Shown here piece after piece: positions 27,175-36,370 of a stretch of DNA of 64,000 nt. The first letter of the stretch is position 1. Each line of letters starts with the position of its first letter. The position numbers and the translations under genes are program-made. The notes beneath the pieces were generated by a model. It did not search any database. It was given only the letters and a program-made list of their open reading frames with translations, and was not told the DNA's origin. The DNA is from an uncultured bacterium. GTDB taxonomy: Bacteria > Acidobacteriota > Thermoanaerobaculia > Multivoradales > JAHZIX01. The DNA lies in the NCBI GenBank assembly GCA_965368975.1, contig CBDUPA010000009.1, positions 1 to 64,000 on the forward strand, read 5' to 3'.

Positions 27175-27791
27175 TCGTCCTTGTGCTGAGGGTAGAACTC
27201 GAGCTGCGTGGCGGCCGGGGTCCCCGGATCGTTCAGCTGCTTGGTTACCCAGACGATCTGTCCAGTATGGTAGGCCATGTGTTCGACGGCGTGGAAGACG
27301 ATGCCCAGTCCATTGCTGGCATAGCCCTGCTGTGAGCGGGCGGCGGTCAACTCAGCGTCGTCGACATCGTCCAGGATAGCCCGGCACCGGGTCACCACAG
27401 CCGTCAGTCGCTGCGCCAGTGCCTCCCTGCCCTCGTCACCCCGGCGGGTGAACTCGGCGGCACGATGACGCGCGTGTGCTTCCCCCGCCAAGCCGTCCAA
27501 AATCCAGGCGGTGAGATTGCCCTCCAGGTGCAACACCAGATTGCCCACCGAGTTGGCTCGGCTGGCGTCCGGACGCCACCAGATCTGCTCCTCGCTCAGG
27601 CGCTGCAGGCAGGCGGAGATCTTCTCGCTGTACTCTTGAAGATAGCGCCCAGCCAGCTCGGTGAAGCTATCGCAAGGGCCGAGGGAAAGCGCCGTACGGG
27701 GGAGCTCGGGCAAAGTCGCATTCACGATGCGCGGCACCTTACCACCGCGGCCCCGACCGCTGGAACACTCATCATGGGGATCCAGCCCCAC
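27171..27791 (-). CDS. DinB/DUF1572-like protein
   Basis: LSEEQIWWRP...NSVGNLVLHLEGNL and HAVEHMAYHTGQI. Start uncertain. Confidence 0.85.
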   Translation of the reverse strand: MGLDPHDECSSGRGRGGKVPRIVNATLPELPRTALSLGPCDSFTELAGRYLQEYSEKISACLQRLSEEQIWWRPDASRANSVGNLVLHLEGNLTAWILDGLAGEAHARHRAAEFTRRGDEGREALAQRLTAVVTRCRAILDDVDDAELTAARSQQGYASNGLGIVFHAVEHMAYHTGQIVWVTKQLNDPGTPAATQLEFYPQHKDE

Positions 27792-30132
27792 GGAAGGGTG
27801 GCTGCAAGTGATCTACGAAGTAGCGCCGATGTGCTCTGAGCCAAAACTCCCGGCTGACGCCCTCCGGGATGTGTGTTTGTTCCGGCAGCAGCTGGAGATT
27901 GAAATGACGACCGGCTCGGATGAGAGCCTCGACCATCTTCATGGTGGTCGACAAGGTGACATTCACATCACTAGTCGAATGGATCAACAGCAGATGCCCC
28001 CGGAGCTGGTCGGCCAGGCGCAGATTCGATCCATATTCGTAGCCCTGCCGATTCTCCTCGACCAAGCCCATGTAGCCTTCGATGCCAGTAGCCTCGTGAT
28101 CGTAGAGGTCGACCAGGGAATTAGTCGCGACGCCGACGTGGAAGACGTCAGGCTGCAGCAACAACGCCCGCAGGGTCATGTAACCGCCCCAGGAGCCACC
28201 GTAGATACCGACGCGGTCCAGATCGATGTACGACCGGTCGGCGGCCAGCTGGCGCAGGCTGGCTACGTGGTCCGGGATCTCGTGACGGCCGAAGTTGCGG
28301 TAGACGACATCCTGGAACGCTTTGCCGCGGCCGGGGGTGCCGCGGCCATCAACCAGAAAGATGACGAAACCTAGCTGGGCGAGCGCTTGCGTGTTGTGCA
28401 GGCGGTGGTCGTTGAAAGTGCGCGGCACCCAGGTGCTGAAGGGACCGTTGTAGATGTAATCGATGACGGGGTACTTGCGTGCAGGATCGAACGGATACGG
28501 CTTGAGTAGTACACCGAAGAGCTCGGTCTCCCCATCCGCGGCCAGCACTCGAAACTCCTCCGGTGGTTGCCAGCCCGCATCCTTCAGGGGCCTGATGTCG
28601 CTGCGCGTCAGTTCCAAGACCACGTGGCCGTCGACCTGGCGCAGCTCGCTACGCGAAGGTCGGGCAACTGTCGAGTGGGTATCGACAAAGTAGCGCAATG
28701 ACGGAGCCAGGGAGACCTGGTGCGCACCGGTAGCCTTGGTCAGGCGTTGCCGGTCTCCACCAGAGAGGCGCACGCGGAGCAGGTGCTGGTCGTAGGGACG
28801 AGCGGCATCGTCACTCCCGAGGAAGTACACCCACCCGGTGCGCTCGTCAATGGCTTCTACCTTTTGCACGGGTAGCTGCCCGTGTGTCAACTGACGCAGT
28901 AGTCGGCCGTCGAGGCTATAGAGGTAGATGTGGTACCAGCCGTCGCGTTCCGACAGCCACAAGAAACGCTTGCCATCGGCCAGTGGAAAGAACATTCGGT
29001 GCTGCAGCTCGGTAATCAGCCGCAACGCGCCGATAAAGGTGTCCGCCGTTTCTTCCAGCACCGTACGGACGGCCCCGGTCGCCGTGTGCGCCGCCAACAA
29101 CTCCAACCGGCGGTAGGGGCGGTCGACGCGCAGCAGGAAGAATTCCGAGCTGTCTTGCGACCACTGCAGCGGGAAGATGTGGAAGTTGCGCGTGTCGCCC
29201 AGCTGGACCTCCAGGCGTCTCCCAGAATGGATGTCGAAGAAGTGCACCTCGCGCCGCGGCAGCAGCCCGCCAGCTTTGGGCATCGGTATCAAGTCGACCT
29301 TCTCGTGGACATCGAGCCAGCGCACCACCGGCACGCGGTGTACCCCCGTCTCGTCGACCTTGGTCACGGCCAGCCAGCGGCTGTTCGGCGCCCAGCGTGC
29401 CGTTTGCACATCCCAGGCGAACAGATCGGTGCCGTCCGCAGTCAGCGGACGCCCCTGCCCCTCGGTCCTCGGACGCAGAGACAGGTTCGGTCCAGACTCG
29501 CCCACTAGCCATCGACGGTCCGGTGATGGCTGCTCGTACACGCGCGGATAGGGGGCACGCTGCGACTGGCGCAGGAAGCGCGGCGTGGCCAGGTCGCGCA
29601 GGCGGGTCTGCGCCGCCGGCTCTTCGCGAACCGTATAGTCGTCCAGGCTGAGCAAGAAGACATGGCCGGAAAGTTCGAAGCGAGCCACGCGACCGTTCTC
29701 CAGCAAGTCGAAGGCGTCGAACGGCAGTCCCGCTTCGTTCCCAAGGTCGCCCACCAACGGCTCGAGTACACGGCGCAGACGAACCGAGTCGAAGATCTCC
29801 CGCCGCTCCCCACGCACCGCGTCGACCCAGTAGGCTGTCCGTTGCCCAGCGTGACCGGTCACGAACCAAAAGTGCGTATCGTCGACCCAGTGGGGTGCGA
29901 TCTCGGCACAGGTCAAGGCCTCGAAACGAGCCATGTGCTCGGCGAAGAGCGCTTCGTACTCCGCCTCGTGCTCCTCGTACTGCCCCTCCAAATGCGGAGT
30001 AGCTGCATGAGCCGATACCGCGCTTGCTCGCGGCAGGAACGCCAGGAGTAAGACGAGCATGACCGGAACCGGGCCCGTCTGGAACCCCGCTGGCCAGGTC
30101 CGTGCTCTCCGCGCCCTCCTCAACGCTGTCAC
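27772..30132 (-). CDS. S9B dipeptidyl-peptidase IV-like exported peptidase
   Basis: DPPIV N-terminal propeller (SERDGWYHIYLY), DGRGTPGRG, nucleophile motif GGSWGG, D.NV, late His; signal-like segment near the N-terminus. Confidence 0.92.
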   Translation of the reverse strand: MTALRRARRARTWPAGFQTGPVPVMLVLLLAFLPRASAVSAHAATPHLEGQYEEHEAEYEALFAEHMARFEALTCAEIAPHWVDDTHFWFVTGHAGQRTAYWVDAVRGERREIFDSVRLRRVLEPLVGDLGNEAGLPFDAFDLLENGRVARFELSGHVFLLSLDDYTVREEPAAQTRLRDLATPRFLRQSQRAPYPRVYEQPSPDRRWLVGESGPNLSLRPRTEGQGRPLTADGTDLFAWDVQTARWAPNSRWLAVTKVDETGVHRVPVVRWLDVHEKVDLIPMPKAGGLLPRREVHFFDIHSGRRLEVQLGDTRNFHIFPLQWSQDSSEFFLLRVDRPYRRLELLAAHTATGAVRTVLEETADTFIGALRLITELQHRMFFPLADGKRFLWLSERDGWYHIYLYSLDGRLLRQLTHGQLPVQKVEAIDERTGWVYFLGSDDAARPYDQHLLRVRLSGGDRQRLTKATGAHQVSLAPSLRYFVDTHSTVARPSRSELRQVDGHVVLELTRSDIRPLKDAGWQPPEEFRVLAADGETELFGVLLKPYPFDPARKYPVIDYIYNGPFSTWVPRTFNDHRLHNTQALAQLGFVIFLVDGRGTPGRGKAFQDVVYRNFGRHEIPDHVASLRQLAADRSYIDLDRVGIYGGSWGGYMTLRALLLQPDVFHVGVATNSLVDLYDHEATGIEGYMGLVEENRQGYEYGSNLRLADQLRGHLLLIHSTSDVNVTLSTTMKMVEALIRAGRHFNLQLLPEQTHIPEGVSREFWLRAHRRYFVDHLQPPFRGAGSP

Positions 30133-30310
30133 CCCACGCCCCCTCCGTCACGGTACGAAGCCCCTGCGCGAGTCAATCGACCCAGGTGCACATCGAGGCC
30201 GACAACTGCTCGCGATCCCATCATCTTCTTCCTCCTAACACACTGCATCACATCGAAGATAGGGAAAATGATAGCGCACCTTGTGCCCGAGCCGGAAACG
30301 GAGCTGCAAG

Positions 30311-30338
30311 CAAAAGCCCCCTCGGGCGAGAGGGGGCT
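30311..30338 (-). terminator. Intrinsic terminator after the first abgT
   Basis: 9-bp stem AGCCCCCTC/GAGGGGGCT followed by a short U-tract on the minus strand, about 30 nt after the stop. Confidence 0.65.
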
Positions 30339-30371
30339 CGGTCAGAAGCGATGATCAGCCGCGTGGCGGCG

Positions 30372-31958
30372 TCACGGATAGACGTAGGGAGCCTGCAGGC
30401 CCAGCGGCATTCCAAGCATCCAGTAGAGCACCAGGAAGCCGGTCCACAGGACCAGGAACACGACCGAGTACGGCAGCATCACCGAGGTGATCGTACCGAT
30501 GCCGGTCTTCTTCACCCAGCGCTGACTGAAGGCCACCACCAGCGGGAAGTACGGCATGAGCGGCGTGATGATGTTGGTGCTCGAATCACCTACGCGGTAG
30601 GCCGCCTGCGTCAGCTCTGGCGACAGACCGACCTGCATCAGGATGGGCACGAAGATCGGCGCCAACAGCGCCCACTTGGCCGACGCCGAGCCAACCAGCA
30701 AGTTGACGAAAGCGCTGAGCAGGATGATGCCGACGATCGTCACCTGGCCGGAAAGACCGAGCGACTTGAGGAATTCCGCCCCCTCGACCGCGAGCAATGC
30801 ACCCAGGTTGGAGCTGGCGAAGGCAGCGGTGAAGAGCGCGGCGAAGAAGGCCATGACGATGTAGTACTTCATCGTCCCCATCGACTCGCTCATGCCCTTG
30901 ATGATGTCGCGATGCCCCTTGATGGTGCCGGCGGCATAGCCATAGACCACACCTGGCAAAAGAAAGAGCAGGAAGATCAGCGGCACGATGCTCTGCATGA
31001 TCGGCGCCGAAAAAGCCGTGATCTCACCATCCGGTGAACGCATCGGCGAGGTCTCCGGCAGAGTCACCAGTACCAGGGTCGCCAGGCCGATAACCATGGC
31101 CACCAAGCCTGCCCAAAGACCGCGGGTCTCCTGCGGTGTGAGGCCTTCCATCTTGACCATGTCGGCCTCGTCGCCGTCCAGCTCGGTACCGCGCAGACGC
31201 GGCTCGACGATTTTGTCAGTCAGGAACCAACCGACCAGAATCACCAGCAAGCTGGAGGCAGCCGTGAAGTAGATGTTGCACAGCGGATTGACCGAGCGCG
31301 CGGGATCGAGCAGCTGCGCGGCCGACTCGGTGAAGCCCATCAGCAACGGGTCGATGCCGGATGGGATGAAGTTGGCGCTGAAGCCACCCGAGACCCCCGC
31401 GAAAGCACAGGCGATTCCTGCCAGCGGATGTCGCCCCGCGGCATGGAAGATGACGCCGCCAAGTGGAATCACCAGCACGTAGCCCGCATCCGCTGCGGTA
31501 TGGCTGACGATCGCCACCAGCAGCAGCATCGGACTCAGCAGCGCGCGCGGCGTGATGTTCAGCATCGCCTTCAGGCCAGCATTGATGAAGCCCGTGTGTT
31601 CTGCAACGCCGACGCCCAGCAAGGCCACGAGTACGATGCCCAGCGGCGGGAAGGTGACGAAGGTATTGACCATGTTGGCCAGGAAGTTAGCCAGCGAACC
31701 GCCGGTGAGCTGGTTCTGCACCGCCATCTCGCGCGGACCGTCGACCGATGGCACGGTGAACTGGTGTCCGGCCAGGAGCCACGAGACCACCCACACCAAG
31801 ACCAGAGCAATGACGAATAGTGCTGCTGGGTCCGGCAGCTTGTTGCCTACCACCTCGACCCAGTTGAGGAAGCGGTAGACCGCACCTCTTGGCTGCTGCG
31901 GTGCCGGCTTCGAGCCCCCCGCCACAGCTTGATCCTCCGACGATTTGTCTTCCGACAT
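30372..31958 (-). CDS. abgT: AbgT family transporter (paralog 1)
   Basis: GNKLPDP, FPPLG.VLV..LGVGVAE, GRHPLAG, GGFSAN, GSASAKW, YRVGDSSTNIITPLMPY. Confidence 0.93.
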   Translation of the reverse strand: MSEDKSSEDQAVAGGSKPAPQQPRGAVYRFLNWVEVVGNKLPDPAALFVIALVLVWVVSWLLAGHQFTVPSVDGPREMAVQNQLTGGSLANFLANMVNTFVTFPPLGIVLVALLGVGVAEHTGFINAGLKAMLNITPRALLSPMLLLVAIVSHTAADAGYVLVIPLGGVIFHAAGRHPLAGIACAFAGVSGGFSANFIPSGIDPLLMGFTESAAQLLDPARSVNPLCNIYFTAASSLLVILVGWFLTDKIVEPRLRGTELDGDEADMVKMEGLTPQETRGLWAGLVAMVIGLATLVLVTLPETSPMRSPDGEITAFSAPIMQSIVPLIFLLFLLPGVVYGYAAGTIKGHRDIIKGMSESMGTMKYYIVMAFFAALFTAAFASSNLGALLAVEGAEFLKSLGLSGQVTIVGIILLSAFVNLLVGSASAKWALLAPIFVPILMQVGLSPELTQAAYRVGDSSTNIITPLMPYFPLVVAFSQRWVKKTGIGTITSVMLPYSVVFLVLWTGFLVLYWMLGMPLGLQAPYVYP

Positions 31959-32079
31959 GAAATCTCCTCCGAAGCAGACGACCGAGAACGCTCACCGGTT
32001 GGAGCAATCTCGACCGCGTTGGGTTCGCTGATCGATGGCCAAGCCTACCGCAGGCCGTTGTGAAAATCTTGCGCGGACG

Positions 32080-32106
32080 TGTCGATTTCAGCCATCCTGG
32101 ATCGTC
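32080..32106 (+). promoter_or_regulatory. ECF42-type autoregulated promoter
   Basis: TGTCGA-N17-CGTC upstream of the YciI/ECF42 pair, matching the ECF42 consensus as I recall it (TGTCGA -35, CG(A/T)C -10). Confidence 0.7.
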
Positions 32107-32210
32107 TACCTGCTGAAGACGACAACCCCGGCGGGCCATCAGGAGCCCCATGGCACCAGAAGACAGCTCGCCGCCCGCAACACAGCCTCAAGAGCACAGG
32201 AGACGAGAGA

Positions 32211-32558
32211 ATGCCGAACTACATGCTGCTATTGCGCGACAATCCGGAACAGGCCGAGATCCCAAGCCCAGAAGACATGCAACGGGTGGTCGAGAAATAC
32301 AAAGCCTGGGGGGAGCGCCTACACCAGGCCGGGCACCTGGTCGACAGCAACAAGCTCACCGACGGCGCTGGCCGCGTGGTCGATCGGTCCAACGGCCAGG
32401 TACGGGTGCTCGATGGTCCGTACTGCGAGACCAAGGAGGTCGTGGGCGGCTATTTCACCGTGCAGGCCGAAACCTACGACCAGGCGGTCGAACTCTGCCA
32501 GGACTGTCCACACCTGGACTACGGCAGCATCGAGGTCCGTGAAGTCGAGATCCACTGA
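32211..32558 (+). CDS. YciI/DGPF-family protein
   Basis: MPNYMLLL...DGPYCETKEVVGGYF...IEVREV; AGGAG RBS. Confidence 0.92.
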   Translation: MPNYMLLLRDNPEQAEIPSPEDMQRVVEKYKAWGERLHQAGHLVDSNKLTDGAGRVVDRSNGQVRVLDGPYCETKEVVGGYFTVQAETYDQAVELCQDCPHLDYGSIEVREVEIH

Positions 32559-32574
32559 CGCGCAGCCAAGAGAC

Positions 32575-33888
32575 GTGCCCGCCCCTGTACCAGTACCCAA
32601 CCTGGTCGACCATCTGTTCCGGCACAAGGCCGGGCAGATGGTCGCGGTTCTGGCTCGGGCCTTCGGGCCGGCGCACCTGGACTTGGCTGAAGAGGTCGTC
32701 CAGGAGGCGCTGGTGCGTGCCCTGCGCTCGTGGCCTTTCCGCGGCGTGCCCGAAGACCCCGCCGCCTGGTTGTACCGGGTGGCCCGAAACCTGGCACTCG
32801 ACCACCTGCGGCGCGACACACGCTTGCACGGCAAGGAGTCCGAGGTTCGAGCCTTTCTCGACCGACGAGCACCTCAGCATCCAACCCGCGTCCACTTTCG
32901 CGAGGAGATCACCGACGATCAGCTACGGCTGATCTTCCTGTGCTGCCATCCCGACCTGCCGATCGACAGCCGCGTCGCCTTGACGCTGAAGACGGTCGGG
33001 GGCTTCAGCGCCAAGGAAATCGCCCGCGCCTTCCTGGCCAAAGAAGCGACGATTGCACAGCGCCTGACGCGGGCCCAGCGGCGTATCCGCCAACGGCACC
33101 TGCCGCTCGCAGTTCCCGACCCCGAGCACCTGGGCGACCGCCTCGATGCGGTGCTCGAAGTGCTCTACCTGATGTTCAACGAGGGGTACGGCTGCCACGG
33201 AGGTGACGCGCTGGTACGTGCCGACCTGTGCGCGGAAGCTCTGCAGCTGACGATCCAGCTGACCCACCTTCATTCCACCCGGCGACCTCGAGTGCACGCT
33301 CTGGCGGCGCTCCTCGCGTTGCAGTTCTCGCGCCTGTCAGCCCGCCTCGACGATCAGGGCGAGCTGGTGCCGTTGGCGGACCAAGACCGCGGCCGCTGGG
33401 ACCCAGCGGCCCTCAGTCTGGGCTTCGAGCACCTGGAGCGGGCTGCCCAGGGACAGGCGATGTCCACCTACCACCTGCAGGCTGCCATCGCCGCTCATCA
33501 CGCCATGGCGGCCGACGACGCGAGTACCGACTGGGTCACCATCCTGGAGCTCTACGACCAGCTATGGCAGATGACACGCTCACCGATCATCGCGCTCAAC
33601 CGTGCGGTCGCAGTCGCCAGGGTCGAGGGCCCCCCGGCCGGACTGGCGGCTCTCGACGACGTCACCCACCATCCATCGCTGCGCGGCTACTACCTGCTGC
33701 CCGCGACCCGCGCCGACTTCTTGCTGCACGACGGCCAGACAGCTGCCGCGCTGCACGCCTTCCAGCAGGCGCTCGGCTGCTCGTGCAGCGAGCCCGAGCG
33801 CCGTTTCCTACAACGGCGGATCGCCGAGTGCGGCGGTGCGACTCAGAGCTCAGCGGCCGAGGGCTCAGCGGCCGAATCTGCCAAGTAG
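32575..33888 (+). CDS. ECF42-type sigma factor with C-terminal TPR extension
   Basis: LAEEVVQEA...W...GVP..PAAWL, DDQLRLIFLCCHP, EIARAFL, YLMFNEGY, YHLQAAIAAHH, LNRAVA; directly after the DGPF gene. Confidence 0.92.
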   Translation: MPAPVPVPNLVDHLFRHKAGQMVAVLARAFGPAHLDLAEEVVQEALVRALRSWPFRGVPEDPAAWLYRVARNLALDHLRRDTRLHGKESEVRAFLDRRAPQHPTRVHFREEITDDQLRLIFLCCHPDLPIDSRVALTLKTVGGFSAKEIARAFLAKEATIAQRLTRAQRRIRQRHLPLAVPDPEHLGDRLDAVLEVLYLMFNEGYGCHGGDALVRADLCAEALQLTIQLTHLHSTRRPRVHALAALLALQFSRLSARLDDQGELVPLADQDRGRWDPAALSLGFEHLERAAQGQAMSTYHLQAAIAAHHAMAADDASTDWVTILELYDQLWQMTRSPIIALNRAVAVARVEGPPAGLAALDDVTHHPSLRGYYLLPATRADFLLHDGQTAAALHAFQQALGCSCSEPERRFLQRRIAECGGATQSSAAEGSAAESAK

Positions 33889-36029
33889 GGCAGAGCCACC
33901 AGCGCCATGGCCGCCGCCGCCAGCGTACCGATGACCACGGCGATGCCGAAGTTCTGCGTCGGCGGGAAGCTCGACAGCGAGAAGATGCCGAAACCTGCAG
34001 CTAGGATGGCGGCGGCACCGGCGATCGGCAAGGCCATGCGCTGGCGGGCTCGGCTCCAGGCGTCCGCCGGCTGCACGCCACCAACGGACCTACACAAGCG
34101 ACGCCAGCACGCCACCAAGTGGATCATCGAGTCGACGCCCAGCGCGATGGCGATATTGGCCGCCGGCGAGGCGATGACGTCCAGGGGTAGACGCAGCAGT
34201 CCCAAGCTACCGACCGTAATCATTGCCACGGCGATCAGAGTGCCGACCATCGCCAGCGCCGGCCGCCAGTGCCGGGCCACCAGCGCGGCGATGCCGACGA
34301 AGAGCACCAGCAAAGCGCTCAGGCCGGTGAGCAGGCTGCGCGCAACCAGCTCCGCCAGGCGACCTTGCAGATCGTAGAGGCCACCGACCAGCTCGACCTC
34401 CAGCTCCTTGTCCGCGGCCGCAGCGGTCAGGCGCTCGACGACCTCGCGCCGGTCGACGGCGCCGACTTCGAGTAGCTGGGCCTCACGCATTCGCAGAAAG
34501 TAGCGGGCATGTTTGCGATCTTCCGTGACGAAGCCGGCGCCGACATTGCCCATCAACTGCGTCGACAGCAGATCCAGCAGCTGCGGCAACGGCGCAAAGC
34601 CCATCAACGGTGCCTTGCGAGCCTGTGCGACCAGCGCCGGCAGCCCGATCACCGAACCCACCGCCGTGTCCGCCTCCAGATCGTCCTGGAAGGCTTGCAG
34701 GCGCTCGAAGGCTGGTAGCGTGTCGAGGCGTCCACCGTCGCGCAGGGCGACCACCAGCTCGAGCGGACTGCTGCCACCGGCTTCGTCAACCGCTTCCAGA
34801 CCACCGCGCAGCTCACTGCCGGGCTCGAAGTAGGCCAGCAGACTCGGGTCCGTCTGGACGCGCCCCAGGCCGAAGGCCCCGAGCACCGTCAGCAAAGCCA
34901 GCACCACCACCGCACGTGGTCCGGGGCGCCCCCACCGTGCTCGACCAGCTGCCTCTCTCGGACGGACCTCCTTGCCGCCAGCGCTCGTTCCCACACTGGC
35001 CGCGCGCAGAAAGAGCGGATAGATCGAGAAGGCGACGACCAGGGCGATCAGTGCGCCCAGGGCACCCGCGGTTCCCAACTCGCGCATCGGCTTGGCGTCG
35101 GCGAACTGCAGACTGAGGAAGCCCAGCAGGGTGGTCACCATGCACCAGAACGAAGCGGGCAGTGTTTCCCGCACGGCTGCGGATGCAGCACTCTGGCGAC
35201 GCCACGAGGCGGTGAGAAACACGATGTGCGACAGCGTCAGCACGAAGACGATCGTGGCAAGGTTGGCGGTCAGAGGACCGATCGTGACGCCGGTCACCGG
35301 CAGCAAGGCGAGCACCGCGGCACAGGCGGCCAGGCACGAACCGAGCGTCCCGGCGACCACCCAGGCCGAGCGGAAGATCAACGCGACCGCGATCCCGAAG
35401 ACCAACAGCGCCACGAGGCTGAAGCGCCGCAGATCGCGCTGCAGTTGCCGCCGGACCAGCTCGACGACCACCGGTACGCCGGACATGTCGAGCTGGAAGC
35501 CCGGCTCCTCGAGCTGCTCCAGCACCGTCTCCAGCTCCCTGACCAAGGTTGGCGTATCGGTGGCGGCCACCTGCAAGACCAGATTGCTACCCGCCAAGCC
35601 ATCGGACAGTAGGAGGCGACTCCACAGTGGCCCCGTGGCCGCCGCCGAAGGACGGGACGGCCCCTCGGTCAGGCTGAGCACGTCCTCGACGCCCGGTACC
35701 GTCGCCAGCCGATCGCTCAGTTCGCGCACGCGCGCGATGTAGTCGGGCGTCATCCACTCGGCTTCTCCTCCCGCAGAGGGTGTCTCCGAAGAGGGTGTCG
35801 CCTGAGAGGCCGCTCGGATCAACACCTGCGGCTTCGACGGGAACATCGCCTGGATGCGCAGCGCGCTTTGCAGCTGCGGATCGTCCGTGGTGAAAAAGAA
35901 GTCGCTCTCCACCTGAGGCGTCAAATCGACCAGCCACAGTACCGCTGCCACTCCCGCCAGGATCAAGACGAGGAGCCCGATGGCCATCCAGCGGGCGGAA
36001 GTTGGCGTCGGTTTCGTCATCGGGCTCAT
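33843..36029 (-). CDS. MMPL/RND-superfamily exporter
   Basis: Two repeats of 1 TM + soluble domain + 5 TM; TTLLGFLSL, IALGVDSMIH, GFGIFSLSSFPP. 3' end overlaps the ECF42 gene convergently. Confidence 0.88.
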   Translation of the reverse strand: MSPMTKPTPTSARWMAIGLLVLILAGVAAVLWLVDLTPQVESDFFFTTDDPQLQSALRIQAMFPSKPQVLIRAASQATPSSETPSAGGEAEWMTPDYIARVRELSDRLATVPGVEDVLSLTEGPSRPSAAATGPLWSRLLLSDGLAGSNLVLQVAATDTPTLVRELETVLEQLEEPGFQLDMSGVPVVVELVRRQLQRDLRRFSLVALLVFGIAVALIFRSAWVVAGTLGSCLAACAAVLALLPVTGVTIGPLTANLATIVFVLTLSHIVFLTASWRRQSAASAAVRETLPASFWCMVTTLLGFLSLQFADAKPMRELGTAGALGALIALVVAFSIYPLFLRAASVGTSAGGKEVRPREAAGRARWGRPGPRAVVVLALLTVLGAFGLGRVQTDPSLLAYFEPGSELRGGLEAVDEAGGSSPLELVVALRDGGRLDTLPAFERLQAFQDDLEADTAVGSVIGLPALVAQARKAPLMGFAPLPQLLDLLSTQLMGNVGAGFVTEDRKHARYFLRMREAQLLEVGAVDRREVVERLTAAAADKELEVELVGGLYDLQGRLAELVARSLLTGLSALLVLFVGIAALVARHWRPALAMVGTLIAVAMITVGSLGLLRLPLDVIASPAANIAIALGVDSMIHLVACWRRLCRSVGGVQPADAWSRARQRMALPIAGAAAILAAGFGIFSLSSFPPTQNFGIAVVIGTLAAAAMALVALPYLADSAAEPSAAEL

Positions 36030-36103
36030 CAAGCGGAAACCCTATCACCCGGCACCGCGCCCGCTTCCCTGGCTCCGAGACCGAGGATGGCGAGAATCGG
36101 GGG

Positions 36104-36132
36104 TTGCACGGCTCCAACCCTTCTTGTACAAT
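36104..36132 (+). promoter_or_regulatory. Sigma-70 promoter of tRNA-Glu
   Basis: TTGCAC-N17-TACAAT about 80 nt upstream of the tRNA. Confidence 0.75.
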
Positions 36133-36214
36133 CCGGCCGTTCGCTACGGCGAGCACGGAATCGCAGTCTCACAAGAGCCTTCACACACAGTAGCGATTCC
36201 CTCTTTGACAGCGT

Positions 36215-36290
36215 GGCGCATTCGTCTAGGGGTCTAGGACGCCGGCCTCTCACGCCGGTAACAGGGGTTCGAATCCCCTATGCGCTACCA
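36215..36290 (+). tRNA. tRNA-Glu (anticodon CTC)
   Basis: Acceptor stem GGCGCAT/ATGCGCT, anticodon arm CCGGC-CTCTCAC-GCCGG, T-arm AGGGG-TTCGAAT-CCCCT, encoded CCA; 76 nt. Confidence 0.97.
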
Positions 36291-36342
36291 ACCGAACTTT
36301 TCCGAAGCCTCTCCACGGAGATCCGCTTCGTCGCCATATCGA

Positions 36343-36370
36343 GCAGCCCGGTTCACGCCGGGCTGTTTTT
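36343..36370 (+). terminator. Intrinsic terminator of tRNA-Glu (overlaps the end of the convergent CHAT-STAND gene)
   Basis: GCAGCCCGG-ttcacg-CCGGGCTGT followed by TTTT. Confidence 0.8.

Noticed and set aside
32035-32574. Apparent long N-terminal extension of the ECF42 sigma
   Set aside because: Off-frame overlap with the promoter and the YciI gene.
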